The notes below the pieces were generated by a model, which ran no database searches, had not been told where the DNA came from, and was given only the letters and a program-made list of their open reading frames with translations. From the NCBI GenBank assembly GCA_964016885.1, contig OZ024743.1, positions 122,884,001-122,948,000 of the forward strand: a stretch of 64,000 bases of DNA. The letters run 5' to 3'. Positions 53,868 through 64,000 of this stretch are shown in pieces. Position numbers and translations under genes: made by a program. How positions within the stretch are numbered: position 1 is the first letter of the stretch; the number at the start of each line of letters is the position of its first letter. This stretch comes from Eledone cirrhosa. Lineage: Eukaryota.

Positions 53868-54683
53868 AAATAAATTTAATTATATTAAATTAAAGGAGTC
53901 GTGTCCGTGACATGCGCCATATCCACTGTAGAATAAGCACAAAGACGCCAACGAACAGATCCGAGCATTTTATATCAACTACAAATTGAAGCTCTAGTTA
54001 AACTTTAATTAGTTACCTACCTAACTGTGTGTGATTACACACCTTACAAATTATCCCCTGTGATTGTTTCATGCGTTTTCTTTTAAATATATCTGTTAGA
54101 ACACGAAAAGTGTGAAACACAGAATGTTCACTTTTCGTGTTCTAACATATATGCCTAGCTTCTTTAAAAAATTTTCGGGGATAGCCGTGGTGGTGATCGT
54201 ATGTCATTGGCTAATTTCAACCAATCAGAGTACCTCTCTCTATATCTCTTCCACTGTTACTTACGCCTGTTTCTCTCTATCTGTTCCGTCTCTATTATAT
54301 CTCTTACTCTTTCGCTTTGCACTCCTCCCCTTCAATACCATCTCTCCCCCTCTCTATATATTTGTTACTCTATCGCTGCACGCTCCTCTCCTTCAATATA
54401 TCAATTACACACGCTTTACACTCCTTTATCCCCAGCGCCCCTATATATACACCCCCTCTCCCGCATCTATATTTTAATGTACCGTTGCACCGTGAATACA
54501 TGTGTCTATATATATATATACATATATATTGTATATACACATTCATGTATGTGTATACACACTCATGTATGTATATACACTGGTTTTATGTGTGTATTGT
54601 AAATTTGTACTGTTAAAACACGAAACTAACATTCGATTGACACTTTGATTACCTGTACAGGCAATAGTTATTAGAATGCTGTT

Positions 54684-54717
54684 GAAGTGTGTATATATTT
54701 TTGGGGGACATCCTGTA
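54684..54717 (-). mobile_element. Solo Tc1/mariner-like TIR
   Basis: Minus strand TA-CAGGATGTCCCCCAAAAA; no partner TIR found. Confidence 0.35.
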
Positions 54718-55283
54718 TATACACACATTATATATAATACAATAAACAGATAAATACACACATATATATATGAGCTTATTTAATTATAAATATTGTGATT
54801 TTTAACTCAGTTCAATTATATATATAAATGGCTTCTACAGGACTAGAACTGTTTCATTCGAAAGAAATCATCATAATATTGAGAGGGGGACTAGATAAAA
54901 TATTTCAAATCAAATGTGTATAAGTTATAAGTTAAAATGTATAAATAGAGACGATAGTGGAGGTATATCTGTTTAGTGGAACAGTAGACGATAGAATTAA
55001 ATACAGACGATAATCTCCCTTTAATGAAACAGCAGACGATAGAATTAAGGCAATTTAAATTTTAAGCATTTGCATTTTTGCCTTTCATCGTTACGGGGTC
55101 GATAAAATAAAGTACCAGTAATACACTGTCACTAGACGACTTTCAAATTGAATTGTTGGTTCCATTTTTCCATTTCTTTAGTATTTTCAATTGTAGTTAT
55201 CTACTTAAAAAGCGTTACACGGTTAGAGACATAATTCGTAAGTTATATCTTCCCTATTAAACCATTGCATTATTTCGCCTACA

Positions 55284-55469
55284 GGGCGGTGAATTGGCAG
55301 TATCGGTAGAGGGTTGGACGCCATGCTTTCTAGCATAGTTACGTCCCTTTACAGTCTGAGTTCAAATCCCGCCGAGGTTAACTTTGCCTTTCATCCTTAC
55401 GGGGTCGATAAAATAAAGTACCAGTAATGTACTGGGTAATTTGCTGGCCTTGTGCCTAAAGTAGAAACA
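55284..55469 (+). mobile_element. Full-length SINE with perfect 15-bp TSD
   Basis: ATTATTTCGCCTACA at 55269-55283 and 55470-55484. Confidence 0.95.
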
Positions 55470-55699
55470 ATTATTTCGCCTACAATAGAACAAAAATGAA
55501 ATGTTCTTTAAAGAAACAGGAATATAACTTTATAAAAAAAAAAGTTGCATCCGCTTCTTTTATCATTGATAATTTTTTCGTTTTAATATTAATTGTTTTT
55601 TGCAGTTGTTTATATTAAAAATCTTACTGTAATATTTACTTAAACGAAGGCAAACATCTAAACTTATAGATTAATCTTGAGCGAAGGACTAGATAAATA

Positions 55700-55776
<77 letters not shown>

Positions 55777-56167
55777 GAAGAATGATAAAATTTCAAGCAA
55801 AGAGTTTAATTAGGTATATTTTGTAATATTATTAACTAATTATTATAATTAACGCGCATATTTTGCTATCCTCAAACACGTTTACACATGGCATGAAATA
55901 TAACTAATCCGAGATGGCTAGGTTTCATCTTCTAACTGGATAAACGAAATCCATTATGTCTTGACAACAACATGAGGTAACATTATGTTATTCACAGACA
56001 CACTTTGTACACTGTTCCATATCAGAATGTATTTCCTTCGTCACATTCACAAACAGTATTGAAAATATGTTCTTCGGCAAATAAAAATGTTTTGTTCATA
56101 ATATTTCAACTAGCGATTGCTCTACTTCACGCACGACCACCATAAATTAATGACCAGCTCAACACAA

Positions 56168-56338
56168 GTATTGGTAGAGCGTCAGACACCATGCTTTGCA
56201 GTATTGTTATGGTCCTTTGCATTCTAAGTTCAAATCCTGCCGAGGTTAACTTCGACTTTCATACTTACTAATTCGATAAAATAAAGTACCAGTAATGGAC
56301 TGCCGTAATGGATTTGTGCCGAAAAATAGAAACACTAT
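56168..56338 (+). mobile_element. SINE, main family, diverged
   Basis: B box, core and tail motifs. Confidence 0.8.
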
Positions 56339-56890
56339 TAATGTGCAATAAGAGCAAAATATAACGACATTGCTCAATTATTTTATCTAATGTTGTAATA
56401 ACACAAGGAAATGTTGTTTGTGTATTTTTTTTTATATTTGCTCATAGGCTTTTACAATTTCGCTCAGCCAACAACTATTAAAAAGTGAGTTGCTTAAGAT
56501 AACAATTTAATCACAAATTGTTGCTATCTTTTAATACACTCCAACAAGTCATCAAATTATGTACAATAAAAACAAATCTTATTAATTTGCTCAGGGAATA
56601 TAAAGAAAATGTATATACACTGATAATTGCAAATGTATGTAAATATTTTGTTTTTGTATTGTATATTTTATGTTTTCTATTATGTATAATATATTGATTT
56701 AATATTGATTGTTTTTTGTAGTTGTTTATATTAAAAGTCTGAAAATATTTTTATACATCTTACACTAATATTTATAAGATAATTTATAATAACAATTACA
56801 TAATCTAATTACATTACAACGATAATTTATTATTAATATATATCCTGTTTAACTAGAGTTATTACAAGCGTTGCCTTAAAAAAATATTAA

Positions 56891-57847
56891 ACTAGACATG
56901 AAAAATGCGCAAGCTCAAAAGTGCCACAGAATGTTATAATAAACCTTCAAAAGTGTGGGACTAGAGTTGTTGCTAAAAAATATTGTAATCATTATATATC
57001 GTACATTCTGTGGCATCCTTTATAAAAATAGCTTAAACCAACGAAGCCTTTATTTTTACGCTATTTCACTTAGTTAATTCTTAGAGTGTAACATATAAAA
57101 ATAAATACATCTATGTTTAATGTAATAACAGCTATAAATAATTACGTAATATTATTATCATATACTCATAGTAACAAAATAATTGTGTTGAAACTTAATA
57201 TGATGCTTATATGAACGATCAAATCTATAATGATAATTTCTTAAATATACTAATAGTAAAATAATTTAGTTATCTATTGTTACATTTTCATAGAACTATA
57301 ATATTAACAATCGTATTGCATTATCAAATTTTTATCACTACAAACTTTCATATTGGAATTACCTTAAGCCACTTATTATTACTTCGCTTTCGTACTTTTA
57401 CAGCTGTAGATATTGCGCTGTATCTTATATCTAATATCAATATCTCGTGGTAATTTGCATGAAGTGTAAAATAGGTTTATTAATAACTTTAATATGAAAT
57501 GTATTATACAGGGCTGCGGAGTCGGTCAAAAATTGACTGGCTCCAACTCAGGATCCGATACTCCATTATTTCCTAAATTTCAGCTCCGCAGCTCTGTTAT
57601 TATATTAATTAATTTATTTTATAGTTGTAAATCATATTTTTATATGTTACACTCTAAGAATTAACTAAGTGAAATAGCGTAAAAATAAAGGCTTCGTTGG
57701 TTTAAGCTATTTTTATAAAGGATGCCACAGAATGTACGATATATAATGATTACAATATTTTTTAGCAACAACTCTAGTCCCACACTTTTGAAGGTTTATT
57801 ATAACATTCTGTGGCACTTTTGAGCTTGCGCATTTTTCATGTCTAGT
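56891..57847. repeat. 213-bp inverted repeat with 531-bp spacer
   Basis: 56891-57103 is the reverse complement of 57635-57847; no mismatch seen by eye. Confidence 0.92.
57509..57596. mobile_element. hAT-like MITE, 88 bp
   Basis: TIRs CAGGGCTGCGGAG / CTCCGCAGCTCTG; 8-bp TSD GTATTATA / TTATTATA. Confidence 0.75.
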
Positions 57848-57893
57848 ATATATATATGTCAATTAATTTCTAGTTGATATATATATATATATA

Positions 57894-58060
57894 TAACGAA
57901 GGAAAAGTGGTAAGGAACCAGATGGACCATAACGCACCAAAGTACTCAATACTTAGGGTAGTAGAGTGGATAATAGGAACGAGTAGGACCCCGACGGCAG
58001 AGTCCAGAATTAGCAGTCGAAACGGCTTGAGCTCAGCCGTCGGGGTCCTACTGGTTCCTA
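57894..58060. mobile_element. Inverted pair of the 35873-family repeat in (TA)n
   Basis: Reverse complement of 35960-36068 followed by a forward GAAACGGCTTGAGCTCAGCCGTCGGGGTC unit. Confidence 0.85.
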
Positions 58061-58080
58061 TATATATATATATATATATA

Positions 58081-58239
58081 TAGTTTCAGAAGATCCCGTT
58101 AAGGGTGAAATCAGCGATTCTTTGCTTAAACTTTAATCTGTTATTTTAATAAATATTTGCTCTACGGTTTTTATATATTTGATATATATTTATCCTTATC
58201 GAGCCCTCTTTGGATTTTAATCTTCAAATTTATTATTAT

Positions 58240-58244
<5 letters not shown>
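58081..58244 (+). mobile_element. Second copy of the 25558-25722 hammerhead-variant repeat in (TA)n
   Basis: About 160 bp near-identity, including the CAGAAGA core and downstream AATAAA. Confidence 0.85.
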
Positions 58245-58300
<56 letters not shown>

Positions 58301-58779
58301 TATTCACAATCTTGATACTCTACGTTCCGGGAAAGAGAGATGAAATTATCGAGATTTGAAATTGTACATGGACTGTTACCTTCTGAATTATTCCCCTGAG
58401 TGTGCATATTGTGATGAATGTAAAACTGCCACACATTTTTTTATCACATACTTTTTATTTCTATTCTGTTTAAACATTAGAAACGATATTTAGAAAGAGG
58501 AAAGTAATTTATATTTCCGTGGCATCACTGTAACATTATTATTTTGGAAAGAATTCATTGATAGAACCGAGTTTAAATGCGGTCGCGCCTTTGCAAATCT
58601 GATGTTTTCAATTTATCAGTGACAGCCCTTCTTCTGGCATGAACCAACAGAAAAAGAGTAAAGCTGGCGACTACACTTGTAAACTATTCTTTTAAAAGCA
58701 AGAACACGCTTCTTTATATATACTCCTACTCATATATATTAATGCACATGACACATTAATTGTCTTTGGCGATTGTTCT

Positions 58780-58883
58780 TTAAGAAATGCCAGCAGACTT
58801 GGGATCAGGTTCAGGTTCCGAATTGACGCCTTGAGGACGTCCACTTTTAAAGGGCAAGTATACAAAGCAAGGAAAATGTTCAT
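58780..58883 (-). CDS. Candidate terminal coding exon of an unidentified host gene
   Basis: Acceptor ttcatttcttacAG, then frame xEHFPCFVYLPFKSGRPQGVNSEPEPDPKSAGIS*; non-repetitive and locally GC-richer. No homology recognised. Confidence 0.35.
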
Positions 58884-59122
58884 CTGTAAGAAATGAACTT
58901 TCTCTGAAAGACTGGCTATATAGCTCAGCAGGGTATCATTTCTCTTGGCTCAGACGTTCTCCGCTACTAACTTCTAATGCCTGCCGACAGTTTATGTCGT
59001 CTGAAGTGGGAACTACTTGAAATGTGAACACTGCACAGATTTATTAGTTTCATAAAGAGAAATACGACTGAAAAAGATATTCTTATAATTATATATATAT
59101 ATATGCTTATATATCAATGTAG

Positions 59123-59174
<52 letters not shown>

Positions 59175-59175
59175 A

Positions 59176-59300
<125 letters not shown>

Positions 59301-59894
59301 TTATATATCAATATATATATATATATATATGTGTGTGTAGGAGGTGAGTTTTATTGTAGTACAATAAAGCAATGCAGATATCGGATAAGAAGCACTCTAC
59401 AGTTTGTAGGACTGGAGTATACATAATATATAAGAACAAAAGATGGTTAAAAGAGTTCCATGTATTTTATTATGCGCATTTCAAAAACAAATATCATCAT
59501 GCAATAATATTTGTGTTTTCATCAGATAAAACAGGAAGACATGATATGAAGGTTAAAAAACACTTGTGGATAGTGCGGTTTTAAATTAACATATGAAAAG
59601 TAGTTTTAGATTGATGTGTGATAGATATTGGGAAAAATATTTTATTTTGAGGGGGGGGGGATGAAAAAGAGGAGGAGATGAGAGTAAAAAGTAGAGAGGG
59701 AGGAGTATAATGAGGAAGGATGAGATAGGAGGAGAGATGGGTGATAGAGAGAGAGAGAGAGATAGCTTTTATAACTGAGAAAGATATATTGTTTTACATA
59801 GAGAGGTTGAAAACCGTGGAAGATAATGTATAAATTAAAAGAATTTGAAAATTAACGATGAGAAAAATAATGTAAAGTTAAGGTTTGTATATTG

Positions 59895-60062
59895 AAGGGT
59901 TTAATAATATGTGCGATGAAAAGAAAATGTTAATATATATTAAGAATAATATTTAAAGGTTTAATAATATGTGCGATGGAAAGAAAAAGTTAATATGTAT
60001 TAAGAATAATATTTAAGGGTTTAATAATATGTGCGGTGGAAAGAAAATGTTGATATGTATTA
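59895..60062. repeat. 60-bp tandem repeat x~3
   Basis: GGTTTAATAATATGTGCG.TG.AAAGAAAA.GTT.ATAT.TATTA repeated. Confidence 0.9.
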
Positions 60063-60619
60063 TTAAAAAGAACAACAGGTAATTTAAGTAAGGATATATT
60101 GTGGGATGAGCATGAATGAGTTAGATGAAAGGGAGAAAAGAATAATGAATTGAGGATGAATAATCTAACGTCAAAAAAATGTTTATGTTTACGAAGGATT
60201 TTTACAAGGTGATATAGAGTAAGAATGTATTGTATTATGTAATAATTGATTCTATGTTAGGCAAGAGTGAGAAAAGGTACAGATTAGAGGTTAGACATTA
60301 AAAGAAGAAGAGAAGAAAGGGAAGTGATAAATAGGAGCGATATAGAATGAGTAACAAGTATTATAGAATGAGTAACAAGTATTATATAATGTAAAATAAA
60401 AACTTTGAAATAAGGTAGAAAGATGGGTATATTTTTAAAGGAGTGTATATATATAGAAAAAGATTCTAAATTTTATCAATTTAGAATCTTTTTCTCAAAG
60501 GCACATATATATATACAGGTAGTTCGTTCGTTCTCACTGGGGTGTTATCGTAAAAAAACACCTTCAAAAAACATATTCCACTCTTGTCATGCCATTGGCT
60601 GTTGTGATTCTACGTCATC

Positions 60620-60970
<351 letters not shown>

Positions 60971-61379
60971 AAGATTAGAACTGTATCATACGGATGTAAT
61001 TAGCAGGAGTGTCCTGATTTCTATACATATAGTAAAAATCTCCATACTTTATCAATATATTTACATTTTTAACTGTGATTACCCCCAACACACATCGGGA
61101 ATCTGCATATATATATATAAATATATATATATATAAATAAACGATGAAGACCACAACGTAACACCCGCTTATCGCGCAACCGTTTCTATTACAATCCTGC
61201 TCGTAGCTCTGGTATTATACCCATGTTTATATTTAGAGTGTATAATTATTAATAATCTTGAAAATTTAACTAATTAAGTAAATACTTAATATATATATAT
61301 ATATATATTTGTATATATATATGTATATATATATATATATATAGTTAAGTAGTGTATATGTATGTAAGCATCTATCTAA

Positions 61380-61410
<31 letters not shown>

Positions 61411-61445
61411 CTAGCAGAAGTGCCCGGCGTTGCTCGGGACTGATG
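61411..61445 (-). mobile_element. Helitron-like 3' terminus; element extends rightward, other end not defined
   Basis: Minus strand CCCGAGCAACGCCGGG hairpin, 8 nt, then CTAG followed by T. Confidence 0.7.
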
Positions 61446-62770
61446 GAATATAATGAATATTCCATCTCGTTTGGTTTGCAGGCCTGGTGTGTCATGGTCT
61501 CTGTTAACTACGGTATATATAATCTGGTTGCAGCTAGAAAAATAGACATACCGCAGCAGGGTTTGTACCTACATAGGTGATCCCCTGTCTATTTGACTTT
61601 CGTCTGACCTAACTGAGGTCGTAGGTGAAAGGGATAGGATCAATCACTTTTTGACAGGACAAAGAAAACGTTTGTTGGTGCCTGTTTATGTCGTGGTTTT
61701 GGGTTCAATCCCTAATTTTTTTTTATTCCTTACTGAAAGTACTTAATGAACCTGTGAACGTCCCTAGCAGTTAAGAATGAGAAATTGAATTGTTTCTGGC
61801 GCGATTGTACTCTCGTCATTGTTAACGAAAACTACATTGAAACACGCACACACACACGTGTGTATTGACGGTAATACACACACACACACACACACACACA
61901 TGCTAACGGCGACATAACATTTACCGGTTATATAAACTTGTCATGCTATATAACATCGTACTGACTACATAGCCTTTTACCTGCTACATAGCTTTACCGG
62001 CTACATAATGAATACCGGCTACGCAATTGATCTTGTTGTTTAAGGAAGTCTGCGAATAGTGTTTTAAAAAATTATTTGTTAACTCACATGATGTGAAATG
62101 GAAGGGTAGTAGTATCCACATGAAGATTAACAACCGAAAATGAAAATAATTATGTCGTTTGATTTTACGATTGAAAGAAAATAATTGTCGCAAATTAGAA
62201 TTTTTATTTGTTAATGAAGTGTGTATGTGTGGTTAGAAATCCGGCACGTGGTTAAATTGATTTAAAGTTTAATTATTCATTTGATGTGAGTGTGTGCTTG
62301 TATGTGTTTGCAAATAAATAAATCAGTTTGAAGACTCACATTTAGAATAAACGAAATTGTACGTTAATGTGGCTAATCTTTTTGTTGTTTAGTCTGTAAA
62401 GTGTATGAGTGAGAGAGTAAAACGGACAGTATCACTATCAACATGAACAATGTAAAATGAAAAGAATAGTTGTTTCAGCTTGGAAAGAGAAAGTAGCAGA
62501 AAGTATGAAGTTGTAAAGATTTTGAAGGGTAATGGAAAGAAATTAGCAGTTGAAATGAGAGAGATATATAGTAAAATATTGAGTTTTATCGATTTTGTTT
62601 GTAATTGTGGGTGAAATTGAAAAGAATATATGTGCCATGACCCAATTGAAGCTATTTCGAATACTGAATTGTAAATTTAAATTGAAGAAATTCTATATCG
62701 TAGATTTCTATAACAAAGATATGTGACCATACACTGAGCTTTATAGATTATGGTATAAACCCCCCCCCCC

Positions 62771-62841
<71 letters not shown>

Positions 62842-64000
62842 ATACTTTGGGAGGGTCATGTTGCCAATAAGAAACACACGATTTCAGATAAAGAATCTTG
62901 CTAAACAAATTCAGAAACGAAATATATATATATGTATATATGTGTATGTGTGTAAAATCTAATGTGGATTATACATTTACCAGCGGGCTTACTGATATTT
63001 TCATGCAGTAATTCAAAATTGGTTCACGCTGTTTATTCAATCACATTTCTAAAATATATTTATAAAAATATTTCTAAACCATATGTATTCTATATATATT
63101 CAAGGGTACCAAAACTTTGGTGCGCTCTCATCAGATAAAATACAAAGTTTGTGTTATAAATATTGACATATCAAGGAAGGAGATCTTAACGGTTCAAGTT
63201 TTTCCTGGATAGTAAAAGGAAAGAGGTGACAGAGAGGAAAAGTCAAATATTTCAAATTATTAAGATGAATATGCAAATGAGGTTGAGGTATAGGGCTGAA
63301 AAAAAACATTATTTTTAGACGCTAGATAGATTTAAATAATTATTAGGATATATAAATATGTATGTGTAGGAAGAAGAAAAAGAAAGAAAGAAAAGCTTGT
63401 ATTTACGGGAATTTAAAAAGAATTAACAGTTTGTAGGAATGGTGGAATATGACTCCAGAATTAAAAAAAAATATTTAGCTATATTATGAGTTATAATATT
63501 ATATATATAATTAATTAGATTATATGAAGAATTATGGTTGTAAGTGCATTTTATCTTATTATATTGCAACAGTTGTAAGTATATAAATATCTATATAGAT
63601 TAATAAGTGTGCAAGTATAAGTATTATTGATGATTTTATAGAAATAAATCACACGTATTAATTGTTTACATTCCTAATATGAGCTACGAAGGATGTTGAT
63701 TTTACATTTTACATAAATATTTAAGAAAAAGACGTAGTTAAAATTGTAAGAGAAGAAGAATTTGTAGATTCAAATATTTTCATCCAACATTGAAAATGTT
63801 TTCAGAACATTGTTAATTTAGCGAAATTATATAATTTATCATACAAGTTATCATGTCTATGTGTGCTCAATTGTAAAGGAAAAGATAACTCCAATATTAT
63901 TTGCTAACCATTAAATTTGATGAATGATTTTCTTAGAAAGTATGTAGAGAAAATTATATATTATTTTGTGTGAGATTATAAGGTATTTTATATTATATGT

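Noticed and set aside
55284-55375. tRNA gene
   Set aside because: A/B boxes belong to a SINE head; there is no cloverleaf and the sequence continues into SINE core, tail and TSD.

Overview
AT-rich, microsatellite-saturated eukaryotic DNA with no intact protein-coding gene. Nearly all tracked ORFs are translations of simple repeats. The repeat families suggest an octopus/cephalopod genome (inference from recalled SINE sequences, not from a search). Recognisable content: (1) a 5'-truncated Naiad-type Penelope-like element (RT + GIY-YIG, 43234-44997) with a 3' pseudo-LTR, an inverted 5' copy of it, and a minimal type I hammerhead ribozyme (HHR) motif in each; (2) several other short inserts in (TA)n tracts carrying whole, variant or half HHR motifs, often as fold-back palindromes, most densely at 35873-37055; (3) three R4/Dong-like restriction-endonuclease (RLE) retrotransposon pieces stacked in one (AAT)n array, and a second RLE family beside (CATA)n; (4) about 15 tRNA-derived SINE copies, several with 15-21 bp TSDs; (5) Helitron ends, a hAT-like MITE, a 213-bp inverted repeat and several tandem repeats; (6) two weak candidate host exons. 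The most interesting signal is the set of (TA)n-embedded, ribozyme-bearing retroelement termini. All RNA folds were made by eye and no activity has been shown.
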